From an uncultured Candidatus Melainabacteria bacterium (GTDB lineage Bacteria > Cyanobacteriota > Vampirovibrionia > Gastranaerophilales > Gastranaerophilaceae): a stretch of 57,130 bases of DNA. Under the pieces are notes generated by a model. It was not told the origin of the DNA, made no database searches, and was given only the letters and a program-made list of their open reading frames with translations. The DNA lies in contig CAMGGL010000001.1 in assembly GCA_946055575.1 (NCBI GenBank), forward strand, positions 1-57,130, in the 5' to 3' direction. Positions 18,579-27,825 of the stretch are shown here, in pieces (within the stretch, counting starts at the first letter, position 1; every line of letters begins with the position of its first letter). The position numbers and the translations under genes are program-made.

Positions 18579-19223
18579 TTATTCAAACGGAGTAGTTGCC
18601 GCAAAACATATTATATCATCAATACCTGAAGCTTTAAGCGTTTTTATCATTTCCTCAAACGTAGAACCGGTTGTACAAATATCATCAATAAGAAGAATTT
18701 TACCGCCATTGTATTTATTTTTATCAACCTCAAAAGCATTTGACAGATTTTCAATCCGTTCATATTTTTTTAAATTATATTGAGGCTTTGTATCCTTAAC
18801 CCTTTTAATCAGGTCACAATTCACTTCAAAACCTGTCATTTTTGCAAATTCAAAAGCAACAAGTTCCATGTGATTATACTTACGTTTCTTTTTTCGCTTT
18901 TCAAAAATCGGAACGGGAATAATTTGAAAATCTCCGTCAATTTTCAAATTCTGCCAATATTGATACATAAATTTTGCAAGATAATAGGCTAAATCACGTT
19001 GACCATGATATTTTAAACCTCTTATCAATTTTTGCAAATTTTTAGAATACACGCCGGCGCAATAAATGTTCTTGCACTCAACCTGCCTGTTCACTTCAAC
19101 CGGTAAAAAATCAAGTTCATCAAAACATTGCGAACACATTTTTACCGATTCTTTTGAACTTCGACAAAAATAGCATTTCTTTTTATAAATCCAATCAAGT
19201 AAACCAATAAAAAAATCCTTCAT
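18579..19223 (-). CDS. comFC: ComF family protein (ComFC-like phosphoribosyltransferase-fold competence protein)
   Basis: N-terminal Cys pairs CYFC...CSQC and the PRTase motif ILLIDDICTTGSTF near the C-terminus. About 210 aa. Confidence 0.8.
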   Translation of the reverse strand: MKDFFIGLLDWIYKKKCYFCRSSKESVKMCSQCFDELDFLPVEVNRQVECKNIYCAGVYSKNLQKLIRGLKYHGQRDLAYYLAKFMYQYWQNLKIDGDFQIIPVPIFEKRKKKRKYNHMELVAFEFAKMTGFEVNCDLIKRVKDTKPQYNLKKYERIENLSNAFEVDKNKYNGGKILLIDDICTTGSTFEEMIKTLKASGIDDIICFAATTPFE

Positions 19224-19291
19224 ACAAAAACCTTACCATAGAATAAAAAAAATGTCTTTTACGCAAAAAAATCTTGTGATAAAATTTCATT

Positions 19292-20467
19292 ATGAAAAAG
19301 ATTATTTTAATATTAGCTGCAATAATCTTAATGCAAATTCCTGTCTTTGCGCAGGATTCAAACCTGACGTTTATATATATTAACGGTTCAAATAACAATG
19401 ACAAAAAGATGAAAAACTGGTACATCAAAGGTGTCAACAAACTTCATCCGGTAATGAAGAAAAAATTTGAACAGAACAAACAAATAAAGGCTTGGGCAGA
19501 ACGAAACAATTTATCAATAAAAGAAACTCCCGAAATATTTTTCTGGGGTTATGAAAGTAAAACAGATTTAGATTACGTAAAAGAACGAATAAATATTTCA
19601 AAAGCGTACAGTTCAACTATAGCATACGAAGTAAGAAGTTTGCTGACACAATTTTTACACGACGCAATTTGGGTACAAAAAACACACAACATGCTCCCAA
19701 TATTGGATGAACTGAACGAAACCGTAAAACTACAGACCGAAAACAATCACAACGTGATACTTTTCGGGTATTCTGCAGGAACTTTTGTAAACTATCAATA
19801 TTTTTTGTATAAACTGCCTTACATAAAACCCGAAAAATTATTTGAAGCATTGAAGGTAAATAGTGATATCTTAGAATTTGTTAAAAATAATCCAAGACAA
19901 GACACATGCATATCAGCATTGATGCATGATAAAGGCAACATCGGAGTAATGACAGACACGGGGCATCTTGTATTAAACCAAGATGAAACAGAATTAAAAG
20001 AAAATTATTTAAAACTTGATAGTGCTACAGAAAAATATTGCGCACCCGCAGGAAAAATTCGCGGCGCCGTAAATTTTGCAAGTCCCGTACCACTTTTTTA
20101 TTCAGACATTGCTGACCCAAGTTATGAATTAAATTTTTACAACAAATATATGCTTAAATACATAATAGAAAACGGAATATATTACCTGACAGTTAATTTT
20201 CGAGAAGATCCGCTCGGTTTCCCAACAAGTAAAAACCTGACAATTGAACAGATTGAACAGAAAACAAACTTAAAATTTAACAATCCTACAGGTGTATTTT
20301 ATGATAACTCGTCCGTGTGGTCAAAACGTTCCGCGTTTTTAGCACATACATCATACTGGTCTGCCAGAGGAACTTTCTCAAAAGCCGTAGTTAACAGTTT
20401 CGTTAACGGCACCAAATTCTATTATGACCAAGATTACCAAAACAAAATTTTAAAGAAAATGAAATAG
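19292..20467 (+). CDS. Secreted hypothetical protein, possible alpha/beta-hydrolase (GYSAG nucleophile elbow)
   Basis: Signal peptide MKKIILILAAIILMQIPVFA. The pentapeptide G-Y-S-A-G in VILFGYSAGTF matches GxSxG. Confidence 0.4.
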   Translation: MKKIILILAAIILMQIPVFAQDSNLTFIYINGSNNNDKKMKNWYIKGVNKLHPVMKKKFEQNKQIKAWAERNNLSIKETPEIFFWGYESKTDLDYVKERINISKAYSSTIAYEVRSLLTQFLHDAIWVQKTHNMLPILDELNETVKLQTENNHNVILFGYSAGTFVNYQYFLYKLPYIKPEKLFEALKVNSDILEFVKNNPRQDTCISALMHDKGNIGVMTDTGHLVLNQDETELKENYLKLDSATEKYCAPAGKIRGAVNFASPVPLFYSDIADPSYELNFYNKYMLKYIIENGIYYLTVNFREDPLGFPTSKNLTIEQIEQKTNLKFNNPTGVFYDNSSVWSKRSAFLAHTSYWSARGTFSKAVVNSFVNGTKFYYDQDYQNKILKKMK

Positions 20468-20496
20468 TAAAAACTTTTAAAAATAAGGGGAAATTT

Positions 20497-21093
20497 ATGA
20501 CTGAAACTAAAGAAAAAACATTTTTATTCGACCCGGGATATGCACAACATACAACAATATTATCACTTAATGTCGAATACATATATGCCGGAATTGACCA
20601 ATTTAAGAATTTTGGGCAACGAAAAATGCAATTTAAAATGCTATACCCAAGAATTTTAAAAATGGTTGATAATAACGTAGGTTTTTGTCTGGGTAGCCTT
20701 TTATGGGCAGCATATTTAAAAACGCAAAAAGATGCACAAATAGAAGGTAATCCTTGCCTTGACGGAACTTACAATAAAGAAGAAACAGTTGAAGAAGCAG
20801 ATTATTCAATAAATTACTTCTCTCAACTACAAAAAGATGCAAAATATTACTTAGGGTTAAACTACGAAATCAATCCGCTCCACATAAGAATAATTGAATT
20901 ATATAAAGAATTTTTGACTCTAAATTGCGGATTTGTCAGCACAAGAACAACAAATGACATAGTTCTTCCTAAAGAAATTACCGTACCATCAGATAGTGAT
21001 GCGCAAACAATTTACAATAAAATTCAAGAGGTTATTAATTCAGGGAATTTACTTGAATTAACAGAAGTATTTAACATAGTTTATAAAGGTTAA
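20497..21093 (+). CDS. Hypothetical protein (198 aa)
   Basis: ORF with GGGGAAA RBS, abutting nagZ. No recognised motif. Confidence 0.4.
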   Translation: MTETKEKTFLFDPGYAQHTTILSLNVEYIYAGIDQFKNFGQRKMQFKMLYPRILKMVDNNVGFCLGSLLWAAYLKTQKDAQIEGNPCLDGTYNKEETVEEADYSINYFSQLQKDAKYYLGLNYEINPLHIRIIELYKEFLTLNCGFVSTRTTNDIVLPKEITVPSDSDAQTIYNKIQEVINSGNLLELTEVFNIVYKG

Positions 21094-21094
21094 A

Positions 21095-22069
21095 ATGCCA
21101 AAACTAAAAGAAAAAATATATCAAATGTTCATTCTCGGCACCGATGGAGGTGGGCTTGATACTGCACTAAAAAACGGATTAGGCGGGGTTATCTTTTTTA
21201 CGTACGACATAAATTCAGAAAATGAATTTAAAAAGCTCGTTAATAAGATAAAAAAATTAAGCATAATACCACCGTTTTTATCAATAGATCAAGAGGGCGG
21301 ACGGGTAGAAAGAACAGAAAATATTCATGCCGGCAAAAAATATTTATCGGCTAAATTTGCTTATGAAAAAGGTGCTGATTTCTTAAATAATCAAACCCGA
21401 GAAATTGCAAAGGAATTAAAATCTTACGGAATAAATTTAAACTTTGCACCCTGCATTGATACAAACACTAATCCCAAAAATCCAATTATCGGGGAACGAG
21501 CATTTTCCTCTAATCCTGATGAGGTTATAAAAGGAGAAAAAATTGTGACTGCCGCATACAAATCAAACGGCATAATTCCTTGCGTAAAACACTTCCCCGG
21601 ACATGGTGATGCAGATGCTGACAGTCATTTAACGCTTCCAAAAATTGATTTATCTTTAGAAGAAATGGAAAAAACACATATAAAACCGTTCAAAGCTGCC
21701 ATTGACAACGGAATAGACATGATTATGGCAGCTCACCTTTACTGTACATGTTTTGAAAAAAATCCAATTCCGAGTTCTCTGAGCAAAAATACATTGAATT
21801 ATCTCCGAAATACACTTAAATTTGATGGGATAATAATTTCAGATGATATGATAATGAAAGGGGTTTCTAACTTTGGAGAGGTTGAAGCATGCCTTATGGG
21901 AATTGATGCAGGTATTAATATGTTTATATATAGAAACTCCAAAGAAATAACACTTAATATAATTGAAAAAATTTATCAAAAAGCTATAATAGACAAAGAA
22001 CTTCAACATAAGATTGAAATGTCATATAACAAAATCATCAAACTAAAACAATTATATAAAATATATTAA
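21095..22069 (+). CDS. nagZ: Beta-N-acetylhexosaminidase (GH3, NagZ-like)
   Basis: SIDQEGGRV and KHFPGHGDADADSHLTLP motifs, characteristic of GH3 NagZ. Confidence 0.85.
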   Translation: MPKLKEKIYQMFILGTDGGGLDTALKNGLGGVIFFTYDINSENEFKKLVNKIKKLSIIPPFLSIDQEGGRVERTENIHAGKKYLSAKFAYEKGADFLNNQTREIAKELKSYGINLNFAPCIDTNTNPKNPIIGERAFSSNPDEVIKGEKIVTAAYKSNGIIPCVKHFPGHGDADADSHLTLPKIDLSLEEMEKTHIKPFKAAIDNGIDMIMAAHLYCTCFEKNPIPSSLSKNTLNYLRNTLKFDGIIISDDMIMKGVSNFGEVEACLMGIDAGINMFIYRNSKEITLNIIEKIYQKAIIDKELQHKIEMSYNKIIKLKQLYKIY

Positions 22070-22080
22070 GGAGAAAATAC

Positions 22081-22650
22081 ATGAAATTTGGAATTTGTGA
22101 AAAAATTACGGTTGGAATACTCGTTATTTTAGTTTTGTGCGCTGCATATAATATTTTTGGCATAATTAAAAAACAACGCTACAGAGAATCTTTATACGGC
22201 CCGACAGCAGAAGAAATCGAATTGCCGACAAATATTTCACAATTATCAAAAAAATATAACGTCTACACAGACCTGTACAACTCCGACAAACCTATACTAG
22301 TTTACGGTTATGCAAAATATGCACTAGTAAAAAAAATGGGAACAAAATTTCATAAAGAATTGCAAAGCAGATTAGAACAAGAAAACTTAGATTTTAAAGT
22401 TGTAACGTACAAAAATTGGCAACAATACGATGAACAAATTGAAGAAGATAATGCCGCCATATATGAAGGCGACGAGTCTAAATGTTTAATGGAAAACCCA
22501 TCAGTTCAAGAACTTGATTCAATTAGAGATCTATCGACAAATTGTTTACTCAATGCTTGCATAATTGATGTTAAACAGAATAAATACATACTTATGGATA
22601 GAAATGTCGATTTTATAACAGCACAAGTAAAAGAATACAGTAAAAAATAA
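22081..22650 (+). CDS. Hypothetical membrane-anchored protein (189 aa)
   Basis: Single N-terminal TM (ITVGILVILVLCAAYNIFGII). No recognised domain. Confidence 0.4.
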   Translation: MKFGICEKITVGILVILVLCAAYNIFGIIKKQRYRESLYGPTAEEIELPTNISQLSKKYNVYTDLYNSDKPILVYGYAKYALVKKMGTKFHKELQSRLEQENLDFKVVTYKNWQQYDEQIEEDNAAIYEGDESKCLMENPSVQELDSIRDLSTNCLLNACIIDVKQNKYILMDRNVDFITAQVKEYSKK

Positions 22651-22713
22651 GTTAAAAACTTGCGCTAAATTTTAAGAATAAGTATAATAAATTTTAAATA
22701 AGGGGAGAAATAA

Positions 22714-23952
22714 ATGAATCTTAATAATCTAAGGAAGACAGATCCGCAAGTTGCACAGCAAATAGACTTGGAATTAAAACGCCAACAAAAAACCATTGAA
22801 CTTATAGCAAGCGAAAATTGTACATCACTTGCAGTAATGGAGGCATGCGGAAGCGTTTTAACAAACAAATATGCGGAAGGAAAACCACATAAACGTTACT
22901 ATAACGGCTGCGAACACATTGATGCAATAGAAGAACTTGCGCAAAAAAGAGCATGCGAACTTTTTAATATGGATCATGCAAATGTTCAACCGCACAGCGG
23001 CGCTCAGGCAAATATGGCAGTCTTTATGGCAACTATGAAACCGGGTGATAGAGTGTTGAGTATGGACTTATCTAACGGCGGTCACTTATCTCACGGATCA
23101 CCGGTAAACTTCTCAGGCTTGTATTTTGACGTAAAAAGCTACGGAATAAACGAAAACGGTGAAATTAATTATGAAGAAGTCCGCAAAATGGCTCTTGAAC
23201 ATAAGCCAAAATTGATAATATGCGGAGCAAGTAATTATTCCAAAATTATTGATTTTAAGAAATTCCGAGAAATCGCAGACGAATGCGGAGCGCTTTTATT
23301 AGCTGATATTGCGCATATTGCAGGGCTTGTAGCGGCAGGAGTGCATCCGTCACCTGCACCTTATTGTGATTTTGTAACAACTACAACGCACAAATCCCTA
23401 AGAGGTCCGAGAGGCGGAATTATAATGTGCAAAGAACAGTATGCCACAGCTATTGATAAAGCTGTATTTCCGGGACTTCAAGGCGGCCCGCTGGAACATA
23501 TTATCGCAGGCAAAGCCGTTGCTCTTTTAGAAGCCTCAAAACCGGAATTTAAAGAATACGCACAACAAATCGTTAAAAATGCAAAAGCTCTTGCTCAAGG
23601 CCTAATGGATGAAGGACTTGATATCGTCGGCGGCATGACAGAAAATCACCTTATGACTTTAGACCTCAGAAAAACCGGTAAAACCGGTAAAGACATGGCA
23701 AATGTTTTAGAAGAAGTAGGAATAACCGCAAATAAAAATACTGTACCGAATGACCCGCAAAGTCCTTTTGTAACAAGCGGTATTAGACTTGGTACACCTG
23801 CCGTAACCACAAGAGGCTTTAAAGAAGAAGATATGGAAGAAGTTGCAAAAATTATTGCATCTGCAATATTTTCATCAGATAATGAACTTGCACTAAAAAA
23901 TTTAAAAGAACGTTCTTTAAAACTTTGTGCAAAACACCCGCTATATGAATAA
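22714..23952 (+). CDS. glyA: Serine hydroxymethyltransferase
   Basis: LIASENCTS and the PLP-lysine motif [22 protein letters not shown]. Confidence 0.95.
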   Translation: MNLNNLRKTDPQVAQQIDLELKRQQKTIELIASENCTSLAVMEACGSVLTNKYAEGKPHKRYYNGCEHIDAIEELAQKRACELFNMDHANVQPHSGAQANMAVFMATMKPGDRVLSMDLSNGGHLSHGSPVNFSGLYFDVKSYGINENGEINYEEVRKMALEHKPKLIICGASNYSKIIDFKKFREIADECGALLLADIAHIAGLVAAGVHPSPAPYCDFVTTTTHKSLRGPRGGIIMCKEQYATAIDKAVFPGLQGGPLEHIIAGKAVALLEASKPEFKEYAQQIVKNAKALAQGLMDEGLDIVGGMTENHLMTLDLRKTGKTGKDMANVLEEVGITANKNTVPNDPQSPFVTSGIRLGTPAVTTRGFKEEDMEEVAKIIASAIFSSDNELALKNLKERSLKLCAKHPLYE

Positions 23953-24039
23953 AGGAGAAACATCATAATTATTAACCTTGCACACGCACGCATAATCGGA
24001 GCAATAATAGCCTATATTTTCGGGGTATTCCTTGTTCCT

Positions 24040-25002
24040 ATGGTAATAAGTTTTTCAAAAAAAGAAGGACTTGTTGATGTTCCTAATGAAAGGAAAATTC
24101 ATACCAAACCTATTTCAAGGATTGGCGGGGTTGCAATTTGGGCAAGTACCATGCTCACGTTTCTATGTCTTGTTTTGATGAGCTATTATCCGTACGGGAA
24201 ATTGATGTCAGGAGTTTTGCTCGGAAGTTCTTTGATGTTTTTTCTGGGTTTGATTGATGACATATACGGATTAAATGCAAAATTCAAATTACTAATACAG
24301 TTGTCAATTGCTACAATTGTATACCTACTCGGAGTACAAATAAACAGTATCCCATTCTTTGGCGGAATAGATTTAGGACTATTGTCTTATCCAATCACAT
24401 TATTATGGATTGTCGGAATATCTAATGCCGTCAACTTTATTGACGGTGTAGACGGTCTTGCGGGTTCTGTTGTAACCGTAAACGCTATCACGCTGGCAAT
24501 TTTAGCAATTACTTTATCCCCGCCAAACCCAATCAGCGCTTTAATTGGTTTTATATTGGCAGGAGCAATGCTTGCGTTTTTAACATTTAACTTTAATCCC
24601 GCAAAGATATTTATGGGTGATTCAGGTTCACTTTTTGCAGGATTTCTGCTTGCCACAATATCAATTACAGGGGTTATGAAAGTTGCCACAATATCAATTT
24701 TACTACCGTTTATTGTGCTTGCGGTGCCAATTATTGACATAACCTATGCAAGTTTAAGACGTATATGTAAAGGTCAATCACCGTTTGTTGCGGATGCAGA
24801 ACATATTCACCACAAACTTTTGCATGCCGGATTTTCACAGAAAAAAACCGTTACAATATTGACTTCGGTTGCAATAATATCAGGCGGATTAGCTTGTCTT
24901 TGTGCAAGCCACAATGCGATGACATATTATTTCTTCCTTACTATCGCTCTAGTTATTATTATGTTTTTCATAAATCTCATAAGGGTGTTGACAAAAAAAT
25001 AA
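24040..25002 (+). CDS. Glycosyltransferase family 4 (MraY/WecA/TagO-like undecaprenyl-phosphate sugar-1-phosphate transferase)
   Basis: GLVDVPNERKIH, NAVNFIDGVDGLAG and FMGDSGSLFAGF motifs. The first TM helix seems to be encoded upstream of this ATG (see findings), so the real start may be near 23965-23971. Confidence 0.8.
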   Translation: MVISFSKKEGLVDVPNERKIHTKPISRIGGVAIWASTMLTFLCLVLMSYYPYGKLMSGVLLGSSLMFFLGLIDDIYGLNAKFKLLIQLSIATIVYLLGVQINSIPFFGGIDLGLLSYPITLLWIVGISNAVNFIDGVDGLAGSVVTVNAITLAILAITLSPPNPISALIGFILAGAMLAFLTFNFNPAKIFMGDSGSLFAGFLLATISITGVMKVATISILLPFIVLAVPIIDITYASLRRICKGQSPFVADAEHIHHKLLHAGFSQKKTVTILTSVAIISGGLACLCASHNAMTYYFFLTIALVIIMFFINLIRVLTKK

Positions 25003-25171
25003 TTTTTAGTTACAATGAGCAACGAAAAATTAAAAATCTGATTACTCAGTTTTAAAACAACTGTTGGTAGTTATTTTAGAATATTTAAGTGCAGATTTTT
25101 ACATACAGTACGAAATTACAAAGCTTGATTATTGTAAGTAAGTAAGCAAGTAAGAAAGAAGGATTTACTGA

Positions 25172-25714
25172 ATGAAGGTAGAAGCAGTACAAAATAGCGA
25201 TAGAAGGCAGTCATGTCTTATTCCGATAGCAAAAGGCACTTTATATGGTGCTGCCGGCGGTTTTGCTGCAAAATACCTTTTACCGATACAGCCGGATGAA
25301 ATGCAAACTCCCGAATACCAAAAAGTTGTGGGAGCAATTGACAGTCAAAGAACAGAGTATAACGCAAAAACAAAACAGTATCTTGATACTCTGAGATTTA
25401 AAGAAAATAAAACACTAGCACAAGACCAGTTTGTAAAGATGTTTGACGGATTAAAAGAAGGCGATAGGGTAAAACGTTCTTCAATCCGTAATGCACTAAA
25501 AACGCTGGAAGAAAAAGCCCCATTACAAGTTGATGAGTTTAGACGTCTGTGTAAAGACTCATCGGAAGTTGCTCGAAAAACAGCACAACAAACTATCAAA
25601 GCATTCAACTTTGCAGTAAAACGCATCAGACCTACAAACTACTTTATGACTGCAGGTGCGGTCGTCGGTGCAATAATTGCATTGATTGATAATGTGATAA
25701 GAACACATAAATAG
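25172..25714 (+). CDS. Hypothetical protein with a C-terminal TM segment (180 aa)
   Basis: GAAGGA RBS. Hydrophobic tail YFMTAGAVVGAIIALI. No recognised domain. Confidence 0.4.
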   Translation: MKVEAVQNSDRRQSCLIPIAKGTLYGAAGGFAAKYLLPIQPDEMQTPEYQKVVGAIDSQRTEYNAKTKQYLDTLRFKENKTLAQDQFVKMFDGLKEGDRVKRSSIRNALKTLEEKAPLQVDEFRRLCKDSSEVARKTAQQTIKAFNFAVKRIRPTNYFMTAGAVVGAIIALIDNVIRTHK

Positions 25715-25743
25715 CATTTTATTATTGAGTCTAATAAAAAATA

Positions 25744-25773
25744 CGGCAGGAGTCGCACCCTGCCGTTTCTTTT
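25744..25773 (+). terminator. Intrinsic terminator (bidirectional)
   Basis: CGGCAGG-N8-CCTGCCG hairpin followed by TTTCTTTT. A-rich on the other side, so it can also serve the convergent minus-strand small ORF. Confidence 0.65.
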
Positions 25774-25776
25774 AAA

Positions 25777-25965
25777 TTAAAAATAAGCTTTATCAAATTC
25801 ACTCTCGTAACCAAACTCCGAAAAGAGTTTTATTCGGTTTTGAGCCATGTCAACTTGGGTTTGTTGTTCGTATTCTTCTATCTTTTGTTTAAATTCCCTG
25901 TCTTCTTTCGGGAATAATTTAAATAACATATTTAAATCAAATAGAAACATACTGATTTCGGGCAT
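25777..25965 (-). CDS. Small hypothetical protein (62 aa)
   Basis: ORF with AGAGGAG RBS and a terminator downstream. No similarity recognised. Confidence 0.3.
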   Translation of the reverse strand: MPEISMFLFDLNMLFKLFPKEDREFKQKIEEYEQQTQVDMAQNRIKLFSEFGYESEFDKAYF

Positions 25966-26051
25966 CTTTAAATCTCCTCTTATACTTCACGTATATATAA
26001 AGAAAAAATTTATAAGGAGATTTCAAAAGAATTTGATATCGTTACAATTCT

Positions 26052-26849
26052 TTACTTTCTGTTTTTTAAAATAACATAACAAAGACCTATACAACCCACG
26101 ACAAACAATACAACAGAAACAACTTCGGCAATTGGGATTACACCTATATTAAATGCACTATCGACACGAATTTTCTCAACAAAAAATCTTATTACTGAAT
26201 ATAAAATTAAATATGTAAAAAATACAAATCCAGAGTATCTTTTACCAAGTTTCAAGTAAATAAACAACAAAACACAAAAGCTAAGAAAATCTAAAATACT
26301 CTCATACAAAAAAGTCGGATGAAACAATGAATAATTTGCAAATTCGGCAATTCTGCGTTCTTGTGGGATAAAAAGCCCCCAATGCTGTCCGCTAACAGGC
26401 AGACCATAAGCCTCAGAATTAAAATAATTTCCCCATCTACCGACAGATTGCCCCAAAATTGTTGCAACCCCCATAACATCAAGAAGTTTCAAAAAAGGGA
26501 TTTTATATTTTCTTGCAACCCATAAAAGTGCCAAAATGCCAAAAATCAGCCCGCCATGAACAGACAAACCGCCTTCTCTGATATCCAAGATTTCTAAAGG
26601 ATGAAGCGAATAATAGGAAAAATTCAACAAACAAAAATAAAGCCTTGCCCCTAATATACCGGCAATAATAACAATCGGAGATTCTGCAATTATGATATCC
26701 TTTCCATGTGAAGGATATTGTCGATTTAAAAGAGAATTTGCAACAATAATTGCCATAAAAATCGCACAAGCCATACAAATACCATACCAATACACAGGTA
26801 TAGAAAATAAATTAAATGCAACAGCTTCACAAGCCGGAATGACTATCAT
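26052..26849 (-). CDS. lgt: Prolipoprotein diacylglyceryl transferase
   Basis: GGLSVHGGLIFG, GRWGNYFNSEAYG and HPTFLYES motifs. Confidence 0.9.
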   Translation of the reverse strand: MIVIPACEAVAFNLFSIPVYWYGICMACAIFMAIIVANSLLNRQYPSHGKDIIIAESPIVIIAGILGARLYFCLLNFSYYSLHPLEILDIREGGLSVHGGLIFGILALLWVARKYKIPFLKLLDVMGVATILGQSVGRWGNYFNSEAYGLPVSGQHWGLFIPQERRIAEFANYSLFHPTFLYESILDFLSFCVLLFIYLKLGKRYSGFVFFTYLILYSVIRFFVEKIRVDSAFNIGVIPIAEVVSVVLFVVGCIGLCYVILKNRK

Positions 26850-27433
26850 TGTTTGTTATTAGCCTCGTCAGAGTTTAATTTATCATTGATTTTTTGCATT
26901 AATTCTTCTACATCTTTTTTATCATCAGCATTAGGATTTAATTCCAAATATTTTTCATAATTTTCAAGCGCTGAAGAATAAAACTCCCTAATCAATTGAC
27001 GTTCTTTATCGGTCAATTCTTCTTCTTGAATTTCTTCAATTTTATCTGCATTTGGCACATACAAAACGCCGTCAGACATAGCTCTTACGGCTTTACGCTC
27101 AATATCAACAGCAAGATTATTTTCTGCCGTTGCCAAAGAATAATATGAATCTGCGTTATCAGGTTTCATCTCAATAACTTTTTTATATTCATCAACAGCA
27201 TTTACATAATCTTCTGCCATAGTATAGGCAACCGCCAGATTGTAATGAGTTTCAAATACAGAAGGATCCAAGTCAATACCGGATTTCAACCTTTCTATAG
27301 CCTGTTGGTAATCCCCTTTTTCCATATATGCTTTTGCTTTAGCATTCAAATCCTGAACCGCAAAGTTATTAATACATGCCGTAGACACAACCGCTACAAA
27401 CAAGATACTGACAATAAACAGGACCTTTTTCAT
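26846..27433 (-). CDS. TPR-repeat lipoprotein
   Basis: Lipobox-like signal MKKVLFIVSILFVAVVSTAC. TPR units (GDYQQAIERLKSGIDLDP, YNLAVAYTMAEDYVNAVDEYKKVIEMKP). Overlaps the lgt start by 4 nt. Confidence 0.6.
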   Translation of the reverse strand: MKKVLFIVSILFVAVVSTACINNFAVQDLNAKAKAYMEKGDYQQAIERLKSGIDLDPSVFETHYNLAVAYTMAEDYVNAVDEYKKVIEMKPDNADSYYSLATAENNLAVDIERKAVRAMSDGVLYVPNADKIEEIQEEELTDKERQLIREFYSSALENYEKYLELNPNADDKKDVEELMQKINDKLNSDEANNKQ

Positions 27434-27549
27434 TCTCTCTCCTCTTTTAACATGTTAAGCTGATGTTAACGTAATTATAAATTAAGAATAAAAATATGGC
27501 AAATTTAATAAATTTAAGTTACAATAATAAAGTAAAAAAGGAGAATTAT

Positions 27550-27819
27550 ATGTCTGATGACAAAGTAGTCAGTCTTGGCGCAAAGAAAAAATCAATTGAA
27601 GAAGAAAAAAATCAGGACGATACCGTTAAAAACGAACCGGTATATTGCAGTTTTTGCGGCAGACCAAACACACAAGTTATAAAAATGGTTAAAGGTCCCG
27701 GTGTTAATATTTGTTCAGAGTGTGCAATGATTGCAGTTCAATACCTTATACTGCAAGATAGAATGCCATCTGCAGAAGCTCAACATATCTTAGACGCATT
27801 TTGGGGAAAGGCAAGATAA
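27550..27819 (+). CDS. Stand-alone ClpX-type C4 zinc-ribbon domain protein
   Basis: VYCSFCGRPNTQVIKMVKGPGVNICSECAMIAV matches the ClpX N-terminal ZBD (CSFCGK...ICDEC). Start set at the ATG after AAGGAG. There is no AAA+ module. Confidence 0.6.
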   Translation: MSDDKVVSLGAKKKSIEEEKNQDDTVKNEPVYCSFCGRPNTQVIKMVKGPGVNICSECAMIAVQYLILQDRMPSAEAQHILDAFWGKAR

Positions 27820-27825
27820 ACAAAT

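Noticed and set aside
25134-25154. GTAA-rich micro-repeat (GTAAGTAAGTAAGCAAGTAAG) upstream of the 180-aa ORF
   Set aside because: There are only ~3 imperfect units, directly adjacent to the RBS. It is too short and degenerate to argue for slippage-based regulation.
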